This document shows positions 26,996 through 36,716 of a stretch of 64,000 nt of DNA, piece after piece (position 1 is the stretch's first letter; every line of letters starts with the position of its first letter). The notes beneath the pieces were generated by a model. It was not told the DNA's origin, did no database searches, and saw only the letters and a program-made list of their open reading frames with translations. Location of the stretch: IMG/VR virus record IMGVR_UViG_2926647115_000001; one strand, given 5' to 3'. Origin of the DNA: a virus. Taxonomy: Duplodnaviria > Caudoviricetes. Both the position numbers and the translations under genes were made by a program.

Positions 26996-27935
26996 CCTGT
27001 TCGGTGGTGGCGGCGGTGCATCCGAGGGGTTGCGCCAGGCCGGCCTGCATGTGGCGGTCGCCGCGAACCACCTGCCGATCGCGATCGCAACACACAAGCT
27101 CAACCACCCGGAGACGGAGCACCGCACCGAGAATCTGCTCGAGGTGGACTGGCGCACCTTCCCCTGGACCGAGGTGCTGTGGGCATCACCGTCGTGCGTG
27201 TGGCACGCCCGCTCCGGTGGCCGCAAACGCCCCCCGGCCGAGGTCGAGTTGAAGCGCGCCGACCCGGGAGCGATCGACCGGGCGACCGCGTTCGCCGTGA
27301 TCGCGGCGGCCGAGGTGCACCGCTACCCCGTGATCGTGGTCGAGAACGTCACCGAGTTCCTGGCCTGGTCGCTGTACCGGTGGTGGCTGGATGGGCTCCG
27401 CGCGCTGGGCTACACGGTGGAAACGCTCGTGCTGGACGCCGCGGACTTCGGGCACGCGCAGAACCGGCCGCGGCTGTTCATCGTCGCCACCCGCGGTATC
27501 AAGCTGGACCTCACTCTGCCGGACATCGCGCCGGTGACGGCCGCGGACATCCTCGACCCCGACCTGGGCCGCCCGGTCACCCGCCGCCTGTACGTGTCGG
27601 ACCAGATCGAGCAGATCGACACCGAGGGCGTGACGCACCTGGTCACGTACCGGCGCAACGCGAAACCCCTGCGCGCGGACCGGCACCAGCTCGCCACCAT
27701 CACCGCCGGGGGCAATCACCACGCGATCGCCACGATCGTCGACGGCGTCCCGCACCACCGGATGCTGTCCAACCGGGAATGCGCACGTGCCCAGGGTTTC
27801 CCCGACACGTACCAGTTCCTCGGCAACAGCAAGGACGTGAAGAAGCTGATCGGGAACGCCGTCCCGGTCGGTATCGCCCGGTGGTTCGGCGAACGCGCCG
27901 CCGCCGCGCTTGACCCGTACGACCTGGCCGCGTGA
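26979..27935 (+). CDS. DNA (cytosine-5)-methyltransferase
   Basis: DLFGGGGG, ASPSC, ENV, Q.R.RLF, RAQGFP, IGNAV. Confidence 0.92.
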   Translation: MISATDLFGGGGGASEGLRQAGLHVAVAANHLPIAIATHKLNHPETEHRTENLLEVDWRTFPWTEVLWASPSCVWHARSGGRKRPPAEVELKRADPGAIDRATAFAVIAAAEVHRYPVIVVENVTEFLAWSLYRWWLDGLRALGYTVETLVLDAADFGHAQNRPRLFIVATRGIKLDLTLPDIAPVTAADILDPDLGRPVTRRLYVSDQIEQIDTEGVTHLVTYRRNAKPLRADRHQLATITAGGNHHAIATIVDGVPHHRMLSNRECARAQGFPDTYQFLGNSKDVKKLIGNAVPVGIARWFGERAAAALDPYDLAA

Positions 27936-27970
27936 CGGCCAAACCACCACCAACGAAGGGAAGTGCCCCC

Positions 27971-28273
27971 GTGCTCAAGATCTACGGCGCAAGCGACGAC
28001 CTGATCGAGGTCGAGGGAGACGTGCGCGAGGAGTTCGACGCCCTTGCCACGCACAGGCTCGTGGCCGTGTCCAACGGCGTGCTGCTGCGCGTCGAGTACG
28101 ACCAGGACGGGGTGTGGCGGATCAAGCCGCTCGCCGGCGCGGACCGCGTCCACGTCGTCCAGGCCCCGGCGGGCGACGAGGACAACTACAGCGACGTCGC
28201 CACGATCGACGAGGACGTCGAGTGGGTTGCGTGCGGCGGCCAGTGGGCGGCCCGGAAGGACGGCCGCCGGTGA
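27971..28273 (+). CDS. Phage hypothetical protein
   Basis: IYGASDDLIEVEG motif. Confidence 0.6.
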   Translation: MLKIYGASDDLIEVEGDVREEFDALATHRLVAVSNGVLLRVEYDQDGVWRIKPLAGADRVHVVQAPAGDEDNYSDVATIDEDVEWVACGGQWAARKDGRR

Positions 28274-28683
28274 ACCGGACGTTCCCGAACCTCGCGAGCA
28301 CCGTCGAGGAGATGCGCAAGTCCATGCAGGAGCACTACGGCGTGTGGGTGTGCTTCGTCGGCGACGACGGCGACTTGGTGGCTCTCGGCCACCACGAGCC
28401 GAAGCGTGTGCTCGCGGCTTTCAACCGCTACTGCCGGATCGAGCTGAGCATGCGAAACGTCGCGGACGACCGGGACGTGTCCTACAAGGAAGCCGCGGAG
28501 ATCCTGCGGTGGCGGCACGGGCGGTTGATCACCGCGTGTGAGTCACCTGACCACGACGATGAAATCCGGATGGGTCACAGCTGCCACCAGTGCGCACTGC
28601 TCGGCGGCGGCGGCGAGTGGTGGCTCGACTGGTCGAACCCGGAGCACCCGGACGCGTTCCCCATCACGATGTGGCAGGTGTGA
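28270..28683 (+). CDS. Hypothetical protein
   Basis: GTGA-coupled ORF. Confidence 0.55.
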   Translation: MNRTFPNLASTVEEMRKSMQEHYGVWVCFVGDDGDLVALGHHEPKRVLAAFNRYCRIELSMRNVADDRDVSYKEAAEILRWRHGRLITACESPDHDDEIRMGHSCHQCALLGGGGEWWLDWSNPEHPDAFPITMWQV

Positions 28684-29192
28684 TCGTGGTCGATCCCGAG
28701 AAGACGCGGGCTGCGGTGGACACGGTTGCCCGCCGGGTGCTGGCCGACGCTGCGCGGACCGCGCTGGAGTCCGGGCGCGTCGGCTGGGAGGACTACCCGG
28801 AGCTGGACGAACGGGACTGGATCGCTGTCACCGAACGGGCCCGGAAGCTCGCCGCCACGCTGCAGCACTCCGAGGCCATGTACGCCGAGGCGTACCGGTA
28901 CCTCGCTGCGCAGGCCGAGCCCGACGGGCATGTCACCAGGCCCGACCCGGGGGATTTCCGGGACCGGTTCATCTACGCCGTGCAGCTCGTGACCTCGCGT
29001 CAGTTCGGCGCGAAGTCGATGGTGGCGCGGAAGTTGGGCACGGGGTGGAACGAGACGGTGCGGCTGTTCGAGCTTCTGGAGGGTTGGGGCGTGGTCGCGC
29101 CGACCGTCGGGTCGATGGCCCACAAGGTGTTGATGTCCGAGGCTGACGGGCGGGCGCTCGTCGCCGAGTTGCAGAAGGGGGAACGGGCGTGA
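28680..29192 (+). CDS. Protein with stand-alone FtsK gamma winged-helix domain
   Basis: AVQLVTSRQFGAKSMVARKLGTGWNETVRLFELLEGWGVVAP..GS...VL follows the FtsK-gamma consensus. Confidence 0.7.
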   Translation: MIVVDPEKTRAAVDTVARRVLADAARTALESGRVGWEDYPELDERDWIAVTERARKLAATLQHSEAMYAEAYRYLAAQAEPDGHVTRPDPGDFRDRFIYAVQLVTSRQFGAKSMVARKLGTGWNETVRLFELLEGWGVVAPTVGSMAHKVLMSEADGRALVAELQKGERA

Positions 29193-29776
29193 CGGAGGAC
29201 CGGCCGTACGTCGTGGCGGAGGTCCACGAGGGGCCGATGGACTACGCCGTGCGCCACGGGGACCGGGACGTGAAGCAGTTCCATGGCCCGAGCGCGTGGA
29301 TGCGGGCGACGACGTTGGCGAACCTGCTCAACGACGAGCTCGCCGCGCGGGCGGAGCGCACCTACGAGGACTGGGGTGTCCGGCACCGCAGCGAGGGCGC
29401 CGAGACCGTCGAGGTGCGCGACGACCGCCAGCACGCCCAGGAGTGGATCGTCGGCGGGTTCTTCGGTCCGTCGGCGGAGCTGGTGTGCCGCACCGTGTTC
29501 GTGGGGCCCTGGCGCCCCGCGCCGCCCGACACCGCGGCCGCGCCGGCCGAGGGGAAGCCACAGCCTTGCGCGGACGGATTCCACTGGGTCGGCCAGTCCT
29601 TCGACACCTGCGAACGGTGCGGCCTGCCCGCGTGGGAGCACGCGGGCGAAGCTCGGCTCGCCGACGGATCTCCGTTCACGGACGGCGGGTTTGTGCTGCG
29701 GCCGTGGGAGCCGGGCGAGGCCGACGCGATCCGCCGCAAGTGGGACCCGAGCTACGAGGGGGAACGGAACCAGTGA
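29189..29776 (+). CDS. Hypothetical protein
   Basis: Coupled ORF. Confidence 0.55.
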   Translation: MTEDRPYVVAEVHEGPMDYAVRHGDRDVKQFHGPSAWMRATTLANLLNDELAARAERTYEDWGVRHRSEGAETVEVRDDRQHAQEWIVGGFFGPSAELVCRTVFVGPWRPAPPDTAAAPAEGKPQPCADGFHWVGQSFDTCERCGLPAWEHAGEARLADGSPFTDGGFVLRPWEPGEADAIRRKWDPSYEGERNQ

Positions 29777-30216
29777 ACGAGCAAACGGCACCCGAACTGC
29801 TGCACCGGTTGCGTGCCCAGCTGAACGGCTTGCTGGGGGCGCTGATCGGCCAGGGCAACCGGGTGTGCGACGAGATGCGGGACGCGATCGCCTACCTGGA
29901 CACCGAGGTACGGCCCGCGGTGGTCGCAGCGGCCCGGGCCCGCGCCGAGTTGGAGTTCGTGGCCGAGCGGTACCGGCGCGACGGCTCCGGGGTCCGGTTC
30001 TCCAAGGACCGGTGCACCGGGGTGTCCTCCGACGCGCTGGCCTGGTTCGCGGCCGGCGCGCGGCCGGAGCCGGAGCGGCACGAGTACCCAGCGGACCGCA
30101 GCGACCTCGCCGCGTGCGAGCGGACCTTCCACATGGCGCCGCCCCACCTGCAGGAGCGCATGTTGCCGGTGCTCGAGCGGTACCGCGCGGCGGTCGCCAA
30201 GGAGATCGGCCAGTGA
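29773..30216 (+). CDS. Hypothetical protein
   Basis: Coupled ORF; YPADRSDLAAC motif. Confidence 0.55.
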   Translation: MNEQTAPELLHRLRAQLNGLLGALIGQGNRVCDEMRDAIAYLDTEVRPAVVAAARARAELEFVAERYRRDGSGVRFSKDRCTGVSSDALAWFAAGARPEPERHEYPADRSDLAACERTFHMAPPHLQERMLPVLERYRAAVAKEIGQ

Positions 30217-30695
30217 CGGCGCGGGCGACGGTGATCCAGTCCGCGCATCCGGCGGACACGCTCAAGATGATCCGGGAGACGCTGTGCGTGGCGCAGGCCG
30301 CGCTGACCCACGGCGCGCGCGCCGCCGGGCAGCGGGCGGCCGAGCACTCCGCGCGGCTGGGGCGCCTGATCGACGACATCGACCGGCAGCGCCCGCTGGG
30401 CCCGGACGGCAAGCACGGCAACCGGCACACCGGGACCTGCGGATGCGAAGACGTCGAACCCCCACGGCACAACGAGGTCACCACCTACGACGAGGTGCGG
30501 CTCACCGGGTGCCCGGGCGCCCCGTTCCCGCACTACGACTTCACCGCCCGCACCGAGGAGCACGTGCAGGCCCTGTACCGGCTCTACGCGCACGCGCTCG
30601 GCGAGGGGAACTGGACGAACCCGCAGCTGAAGCGCCGCACTGTCACGGTGATCGGCACCCCGTGGGTGGATGACGCCCCGGAGAGAGGCGACTGA
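30213..30695 (+). CDS. Hypothetical protein
   Basis: RPLGPDGKHGNRHT.TCGC motif. Confidence 0.55.
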   Translation: MTARATVIQSAHPADTLKMIRETLCVAQAALTHGARAAGQRAAEHSARLGRLIDDIDRQRPLGPDGKHGNRHTGTCGCEDVEPPRHNEVTTYDEVRLTGCPGAPFPHYDFTARTEEHVQALYRLYAHALGEGNWTNPQLKRRTVTVIGTPWVDDAPERGD

Positions 30696-31126
30696 TGGAC
30701 AGCCGATGGATGGGGCGGGGTCCGGCGCTCGGGTACGTGTCCGCGGTTGCGGCACTGTTCCTGGCTGGTTGTGACGCCGCCCCGCCGCCGGACGCCCAGT
30801 ACGGGGCCGTGTGCGTCGATCAAGCGACTGGGAACCGGCTCGACGACGACGCGTGCGGCGACTGGGACGACACCGGTCACACCAGCCACCCGGGCATGTT
30901 CTTCCTGTGGGTGCCGATGTCCAACGGCGCCACGGTGATCCCGCCGGTCGGGCAGCGGGTACCGGGCAACGTGGGCATCCGCCGTGTGCCGTCCGGGGCG
31001 CCTGTTGCGAAGGGGATGCCGAAGACCGGCGGCACCGTTTCGCAGATCCAGCGCGGTGGTTTCGGCGTGAAGTCCGGTGTGTCGGGTGGGGCCGGTGCGA
31101 AGGCCGGCGGGAGCGCTGGGTCATGA
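30695..31126 (+). CDS. Lipoprotein with Gly-rich tail
   Basis: Lipobox LAGC; RGGFG tail. Confidence 0.65.
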   Translation: MDSRWMGRGPALGYVSAVAALFLAGCDAAPPPDAQYGAVCVDQATGNRLDDDACGDWDDTGHTSHPGMFFLWVPMSNGATVIPPVGQRVPGNVGIRRVPSGAPVAKGMPKTGGTVSQIQRGGFGVKSGVSGGAGAKAGGSAGS

Positions 31127-31152
31127 TCGAGGTTCGTAACAAGGGGGAACGG

Positions 31153-31614
31153 ATGGACAACGTGGACATCATCGAGCGGATCGACCACGCGATCGGCTGC
31201 CACTACTGCGGCGGCCCGCTCGGCGACAGCCCGTCCGAGGATTTCTGCACCTACGGGCACCAGCGGCGGTGGAACGACCTGTACCGGCGGTTGGGCAGTG
31301 TGGAGGCGGTGGCGGAGGAGTTGCGCGAGGAGCAGCGCCGCCACCGGGAGGCCGCCGAGCATGCGGCCGCGATGCAGCGGAAGATCACCGCGACGATGTC
31401 CGAACTGGAGACGGCATTCGGGCGCATCATCGCCGCGTTCCGCCCGTTCGCGCTGGCCGCCGCGACGACGTCGCAGGTGCTCGCCGAGGCCGGTCTCCTG
31501 CCAGACCGCGCGCCCGAGGATCCGGCGCGGCGAGCGCTGTGGTTGCGCCGCCACCGCAACACCGGACCGAAACCGGGACGGCCGCGTCCCCCGCGCACCC
31601 TGAACAGGCGGTGA
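31153..31614 (+). CDS. Hypothetical protein
   Basis: CHYC..SPSEDFC motif; start may be 31123. Confidence 0.55.
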   Translation: MDNVDIIERIDHAIGCHYCGGPLGDSPSEDFCTYGHQRRWNDLYRRLGSVEAVAEELREEQRRHREAAEHAAAMQRKITATMSELETAFGRIIAAFRPFALAAATTSQVLAEAGLLPDRAPEDPARRALWLRRHRNTGPKPGRPRPPRTLNRR

Positions 31615-31619
31615 CCGAC

Positions 31620-31904
31620 ATGCGTTCGATCTGGAAGTTCCCGCTGGACATCACCGACCGTCAACCCGTCAACATGCCAGCGGGCTCGGACATCCTCGAC
31701 GCCCAGTTCCAGCACGGCGTGCTGTGCGTGTGGGCCGCCGTCGAGCGGGAGAACCCTGTGGAGCCGCGGACGCTCGTGATCGTCGGCACCGGCAACCCGA
31801 TGCCGGACGGGAAGCTGCAGCACATCGCCACCGTGCAGCACCCGGACCTGGGGCTGGTGTGGCACGTGTTCGAGGACCAGACCCCAGCGGAGGTGAAGGT
31901 GTGA
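31620..31904 (+). CDS. Conserved phage hypothetical protein
   Basis: IWKFPL..GTG..VWHVFE motif. Confidence 0.65.
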   Translation: MRSIWKFPLDITDRQPVNMPAGSDILDAQFQHGVLCVWAAVERENPVEPRTLVIVGTGNPMPDGKLQHIATVQHPDLGLVWHVFEDQTPAEVKV

Positions 31905-32251
31905 TGGACCCGCTGGGCTGGTTCATCGCGATCATGGTCGTGCTGTGGATCGCGGTGCTTGTGTGGGCGCTGTTCACCCGCGACCGCGGGAACAACGAGC
32001 CGTACGGGCCGACCGGCCCGGGCGAGTGGATGCTGGCCTCCCGCGATCCGGACACCGGGCTCGAGGTGTGGCACCGCGACGGCGTACCGTGGCTCGACTC
32101 GCCGCTCCCGGCGATCGGGCACGAGTGCTGGCCGCAGACGCGCGGAATTGAGGGCCACGAGGAGACCGAGCGGTGCCCGTGCGGCGCGATCCGAATCGGC
32201 GGAGGCCGGTGGCTGGAGCGAAACACCCGCACCCCGGGACAGGAGTCGTGA
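31904..32251 (+). CDS. Membrane-anchored hypothetical protein
   Basis: N-terminal TM; CPCGA motif. Confidence 0.5.
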   Translation: MDPLGWFIAIMVVLWIAVLVWALFTRDRGNNEPYGPTGPGEWMLASRDPDTGLEVWHRDGVPWLDSPLPAIGHECWPQTRGIEGHEETERCPCGAIRIGGGRWLERNTRTPGQES

Positions 32252-32976
32252 TGCGCGCTGTGACCTGGACCCCGCTGATCACCGGCACCGTGGGCTCCCA
32301 CGCCTATGGGCTGGCCACCCCCACCTCCGACATGGACACGCTCGGCGTCGCCGCAGCCCCGACAGAGGCGTTCCACGGGCTGCACGCCCCGACCGGGAAG
32401 GCCGCCACCCAGGTCTCGACCGACCCGGACGTCGCTGTGCACGAGGCCGGCAAGTTCGTGTCCCTGTGCCTGTCGGCGAACCCGACCGTCACGGAGCTGC
32501 TGTGGCTGCCGGAGGACTGCTACCAGGAGGTGCACCCGCTCGGACGGGAGCTGATCGCGCTCCGCGGGTCGCTGCTCGGTGCCGAGCGGGTCCGGAACGC
32601 GTACCTGGGGTATGCGACGCAGCAGTTCCGGCGGCTGCGTGACCGGGGCACGTCGTTCTCCTCGAACACCGCGAAGCGCACCGAGAAGCACGCCCGGCAC
32701 CTGCTGCGCCTGGTGCGCGCCGGCATGTCGCTGTACCTCGCCGGTGAGCTGCCGGTGCGGGTCGACGACCCGCAGGAGTACCACGACTTCGGCCGCACCG
32801 TCGCCGAGGACGCGGAGCGTGGTCTCGCGCTCGCGGAGGCGACGTTGGCCGCGGCCGGGATGGCGATGGACTCCAAACCATCCGCGCTGCCGGACGAGCC
32901 CGACAAGCGGGCGGCGGAGGCGTGGCTCCTGCGCGTGCGGGCGCACTTCTTCCAGACCGCGGGGGTGGCGGCGTGA
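32251..32976 (+). CDS. Pol-beta superfamily nucleotidyltransferase (RlaP/YcgL-like)
   Basis: VGSHAYGLATPTSDMD, NP..ELL, KHARHLLRL. Confidence 0.88.
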   Translation: MRAVTWTPLITGTVGSHAYGLATPTSDMDTLGVAAAPTEAFHGLHAPTGKAATQVSTDPDVAVHEAGKFVSLCLSANPTVTELLWLPEDCYQEVHPLGRELIALRGSLLGAERVRNAYLGYATQQFRRLRDRGTSFSSNTAKRTEKHARHLLRLVRAGMSLYLAGELPVRVDDPQEYHDFGRTVAEDAERGLALAEATLAAAGMAMDSKPSALPDEPDKRAAEAWLLRVRAHFFQTAGVAA

Positions 32977-33548
32977 CCGGCAGTGTGTGGTTCACCTCCG
33001 ACACGCACTTCGACCACAAGCTGGTGTCCGGGCTCCGCGGCTTCGACTCGCCGACCGAGCACGACGCCGCGATCGTCGAGACGTGGAACAGCTTGGTGCG
33101 ACCCGGCGACACGGTGTGGCACCTGGGGGACGTCGGCATGGGCAGGTTGTCGCGGTTCGCGCACCACGTCGAGCAGCTGCACGGCACGATCCACCTGGTC
33201 ACCGGCAACCACGATGAGTGCTCCCCGATCCACCGTGGCGCGCACCTCAAGCAGCGGGAGTGGTTGGGCGTGTTCGCGTCGGTGCAGGCGTTCGCCCGGA
33301 TCAAGCTCGTGCACGGCCGCAGGGTGCTGCTGTCGCACTTCCCCTACACGGGGGACCACGGACAGGACCGGTTCACCCAGTACCGGTTGCGGGACGAGGG
33401 TATGCCGTTGCTGCACGGGCACACCCACAGCTCGGAGCGCGGCGACGGGCGCCAGGTGCATGTCGGGCTCGACGCGTGGGAGCTGCGGCCGGTGCGGACT
33501 GAGGAGGTCGCCGAGCTGCTCGGCGTTCCGGGTCCGGCGGCGGGGTAG
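32973..33548 (+). CDS. Calcineurin-like metallophosphoesterase
   Basis: SDTHFDH, LGDV, GNHD, LSHFP, HGHTH. Confidence 0.9.
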   Translation: MTGSVWFTSDTHFDHKLVSGLRGFDSPTEHDAAIVETWNSLVRPGDTVWHLGDVGMGRLSRFAHHVEQLHGTIHLVTGNHDECSPIHRGAHLKQREWLGVFASVQAFARIKLVHGRRVLLSHFPYTGDHGQDRFTQYRLRDEGMPLLHGHTHSSERGDGRQVHVGLDAWELRPVRTEEVAELLGVPGPAAG

Positions 33549-33583
33549 CGTGCAGGGCGGAGCACAACACGGAGGCACGAGGG

Positions 33584-33766
33584 ATGAGCGACACCAGGGC
33601 GACGTTGGCGGACTGGCCGGATTGCGAGACCGAGGGGTGCGACGGGAAGATCCTGCTGCGCCCGGAGGGCGAGAACAAGCGGACGAAGTGCGCCCGGTGC
33701 GAGATGGCCGGGCTCGCCCCGCGGACCGAGCTGCCGCCGCTGCCGGAGCCCTACGCGGCTAAGTGA
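33584..33766 (+). CDS. Small Cys-containing hypothetical protein
   Basis: GGAGG/GAGG RBS; CxxxxC..CxxC. Confidence 0.4.
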   Translation: MSDTRATLADWPDCETEGCDGKILLRPEGENKRTKCARCEMAGLAPRTELPPLPEPYAAK

Positions 33767-33779
33767 CCAGCCAGCAGTG

Positions 33780-33815
33780 AAACGGCCCCGCACCGAGTTG
33801 GTGCGGGGCCGTTTT
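33780..33815. terminator. Bidirectional intrinsic terminator
   Basis: AAACGGCCCCGCACC-GAGTT-GGTGCGGGGCCGTTTT. Confidence 0.75.
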
Positions 33816-34028
33816 CGTGTCGGCACCCCAGCCGCACGCCTGTAGGGAAGCGGCCCCCGCGCCGGTCCCCGGCCGGAGGAGCGCGCGCGGCGGCCGCTTG
33901 CCGTCCGGCCTCCCACGGCCCCTGGGACCAGCCAGGACTGGTAGGCGTGTCCCCAGCTTCGTCGCCTGCGCAGGGCGACCCTGTTTCCGGGTGTTGCGGC
34001 GGCTGCTGCGCCGGCCGCCGCACCGGAG

Positions 34029-34099
34029 AGGTGATGGCGGGAATCGAACCCGCGTGGACGGCTTTGCAGGCCGTTGCCTAGCCACTCGGCCACACCACC
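34029..34099 (-). tRNA. tRNA-Cys(GCA), CCA not encoded
   Basis: Acceptor GGTGGTG/CATCACC, D-loop GAGTGG, anticodon arm CGGC-CTGCAAA-GCCG, GGTTCGATTCC, discriminator U. Confidence 0.93.
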
Positions 34100-34125
34100 T
34101 GGCGCGCTGTTGCGCGCCGTCGAGC

Positions 34126-34446
34126 CTACGCGTCAGCGCCGAACGCGGAGTCCCTGGCGCGCCGGAGCGCGCGGATCATGCGGTTGCAGCCATCACGGTC
34201 GAGGGTGATGGCGAACCCGGTGCAAGGCTCGCCGTGGTCCAGGCCCCACAGGGTCTCGCCGGTGTTGCCCTCCGCGCTGATGCGCCGCTCGGGGAATCGG
34301 GCTGGGCTGTCAGGGTCTTCGGTCATGACCTGGACGTATCCGGGTTCCGGGTCGTGGTAGGCGTGCGCGGTGTTGCCCGCGGGCTTCCAGATCACCTGGG
34401 CGCGGTTGTGCTGGCCGTCGATGCCTTGGATGTTCTCGTGCGGCAT
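34126..34446 (-). CDS. Hypothetical phage protein
   Basis: GGAGG RBS; LDRDGCNRMIRALRRARDSAFGADA. Confidence 0.6.
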   Translation of the reverse strand: MPHENIQGIDGQHNRAQVIWKPAGNTAHAYHDPEPGYVQVMTEDPDSPARFPERRISAEGNTGETLWGLDHGEPCTGFAITLDRDGCNRMIRALRRARDSAFGADA

Positions 34447-34724
34447 GATGCCGCCCCCCTCCAGTTGTTCTCCCATCACGGGGTCCCATCGCGGGACGGG
34501 TTGATGCTACGCCCGCCGACACGTGAGATCGCAACACTGGCGGGTATAGTCGTGTACAACTAGATCTCTGCTCACTGACACGACCACCGGGAGGTGTCGA
34601 TGCTGCGCATACTGGGCCAGCTCCTCGACGAACTGGCCGACCGCGCCGACGAGGACGCGGCGATGTTCCGCCGCGCCGCGGGCTGGCTCACCGAGATCGA
34701 CCGCAAGGCCAATCGGAAGCCCGC

Positions 34725-35093
34725 ATGACCAGCATGGAACTGAACGAACGGGACGTGTTCGCTGCGATCCTGCCGGCCGAGCTGCGCGAGGACTTCGCGT
34801 TCTGGCTGCGGACACGCGCGCATTCGATGGGCGAGATGCCCAGCGACAGCAACGTAAAGACCTACCTCGCCCGCCCCACCATCACGGCCGTGCGCGACGA
34901 GAGTTTGACGCCGCGGGAGCTGCAGGTGCTCCGCGGGATCGCCGACGGCAAAACAGATCGGACGATAGGCCGCGAGCTGTACCTGTCCGCGGACACGGTG
35001 AAGGCCACAGCGGCGCGGATATACCGCAAGCTGGGAGTGGCGAACCGCACGGAGGCCGCGGTCGCGGCGGTGCGGCGACGGTTGATTCCGTAG
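34725..35093 (+). CDS. LuxR-type HTH regulator
   Basis: LTPRELQVLRGIADG...IGRELYLSADTVK..IYRKLGV. Confidence 0.88.
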   Translation: MTSMELNERDVFAAILPAELREDFAFWLRTRAHSMGEMPSDSNVKTYLARPTITAVRDESLTPRELQVLRGIADGKTDRTIGRELYLSADTVKATAARIYRKLGVANRTEAAVAAVRRRLIP

Positions 35094-35135
35094 CAACCCT
35101 TCTCTACCGCAACAGTCGCGGGTATAGTCGTTTAC

Positions 35136-35381
35136 ATGCCGCATCGTTGGATCGACGACACCGCACCGCACGAACTTCACGCCGCCGTCACCCATGCCGG
35201 CCCCGTCACGGTGCGCCGCGCCTACTTCGCCGACGGCACCGGCGCGGTCTCGATGCAACACCACTGCACCGGCCACGTGCGCGGCGTACGGACCCCGACG
35301 CACCGCGCGGCGCGGGAGCTCGCCGAACAGTTCGCCGATCGCGTCGCCAGCCGCCTGCCCGAACCCGCAGACGCGGCATAG
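35136..35381 (+). CDS. Hypothetical protein (probably leaderless)
   Basis: ATG 7 nt after TATAGT. Confidence 0.5.
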   Translation: MPHRWIDDTAPHELHAAVTHAGPVTVRRAYFADGTGAVSMQHHCTGHVRGVRTPTHRAARELAEQFADRVASRLPEPADAA

Positions 35382-35458
35382 ACCGCCGGCCGGGGCGCGG
35401 TGACCGCCCCTTCGCCCCGGCCGGTCTCCAATCGACCCACCACACGCCCTGGGGAATC

Positions 35459-35659
35459 ATGTCCGCAGACCGCGACAGCCTCGCTCGCCACCGCGCCTAC
35501 AGCCTGCTGATGATCACCGTCCTCCTGCTGACGGCGGCGCTGCTGCTGATGCTGATCACCCCTGCCGCGCCTGGTGTCACGTTCGGCACCGCCGTTGCTG
35601 CCGGGGCTGCGCTCGTCACCGCCGCCACCGTGCGCCCGAGGGGCGGCGGTCGCAGATGA
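35459..35659 (+). CDS. Small two-TM membrane protein
   Basis: GGGGA RBS; hydrophobic. Confidence 0.5.
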   Translation: MSADRDSLARHRAYSLLMITVLLLTAALLLMLITPAAPGVTFGTAVAAGAALVTAATVRPRGGGRR

Positions 35660-36438
35660 TGGGCCGCACCCACGCGCTCACCGGCTGGTGCGCCGGGTTA
35701 GCGCTCGCGCCCGCGCTCGGCGCCGGTTCGCTGCATGAGGCCGTGGTGTTCGGCGCCACGACCGCCGGGTTCGCACTCCTGCCGGACCTCGACCACCCGG
35801 AGGCACGCGCATCACGGTCCCTCGGCCCCATCACCGGCGGCGCGTCGTGGGCGCTGCGCGCCGCCTCGAGCGTGCTGTACCGGGCGACGATGGGGCCGCG
35901 CGACGAGCAGTGGCGCACCGGCGAGCACCGGCACCTCTCGCACACCGTGCTATTCGCCGTCGCGCTCGGGTTCGCCACCGCCGCGGCCACCGCTGTCGGG
36001 GGCGCGGCCGTCGTCGGGGTAGTGGTGTGGTTCGCGCTCCTGCTCGCCGCTGGGGCGCTCGGCCGGTGGATCTGGTTGGTCGGGGGCGGTGCCGCGGTAG
36101 TGTGGCTCGCCCAGGCCGGCGGTGACGTCGCAGGCCAGCTCGACCAGCTCGCCGGGTCGCTCGGGATCGCCGTCACTGTTGGGTGCTTCGTGCACTGCCT
36201 GGGGGACGCGCTCACCGAGTCCGGGTGCCCGTTCCTGTTCCCCATACCGATCCGCGGCGAGACCTGGTACGAGATCCGACCCCCGGCGTTCCTGCGGTTC
36301 CACACCGGCTCCGCGTTCGAGGAGAACATCGTGTTCTCCGTGTTCGCAGTGCTCGGGATCGTGCTGGTGCCCGGGGTGTGGCCCGTACTCACCGAGATCT
36401 ACACCAACGTCGGGAACACCGTGGAGGCCCTGTCATGA
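35656..36438 (+). CDS. YdjM-like membrane metal-dependent hydrolase
   Basis: MGRTH, LLPDLDH, HRHLSH, HCLGDALT.SG.P. Confidence 0.85.
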   Translation: MMGRTHALTGWCAGLALAPALGAGSLHEAVVFGATTAGFALLPDLDHPEARASRSLGPITGGASWALRAASSVLYRATMGPRDEQWRTGEHRHLSHTVLFAVALGFATAAATAVGGAAVVGVVVWFALLLAAGALGRWIWLVGGGAAVVWLAQAGGDVAGQLDQLAGSLGIAVTVGCFVHCLGDALTESGCPFLFPIPIRGETWYEIRPPAFLRFHTGSAFEENIVFSVFAVLGIVLVPGVWPVLTEIYTNVGNTVEALS

Positions 36439-36698
36439 CGTGGATCGACTGGGCATTCATCATCATGGTTCTGGCCGCGCTGATCGCGTTCGTCCTGTTC
36501 AAACACGTCGAGGACCGGCGTAGCGCTCGCGCCCGGGCCGAGCTGGCGGCCGCGGTGCGACGCGAGTTCACCTGCCACGCCTCGACTGTGCGCGGCGGCC
36601 GGCACACGATCTGCGGGGCACGGCTGCCGTGGCCGGGTCAGCCCTGCCCAGCCGGTCACCTCCACACCGACAACCCGCCCGGGAGCGACGCCGCCTGA
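36435..36698 (+). CDS. Small membrane protein
   Basis: N-terminal TM, Cys/His tail; GGAGG RBS. Confidence 0.5.
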   Translation: MTWIDWAFIIMVLAALIAFVLFKHVEDRRSARARAELAAAVRREFTCHASTVRGGRHTICGARLPWPGQPCPAGHLHTDNPPGSDAA

Positions 36699-36716
36699 TC
36701 AACAACGCCCGGCCGC

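Noticed and set aside
34029-34099. tRNA as an attachment site marking the element boundary
   Set aside because: Phage-type genes and motifs continue on both sides; no integrase or duplicated 3' end was seen
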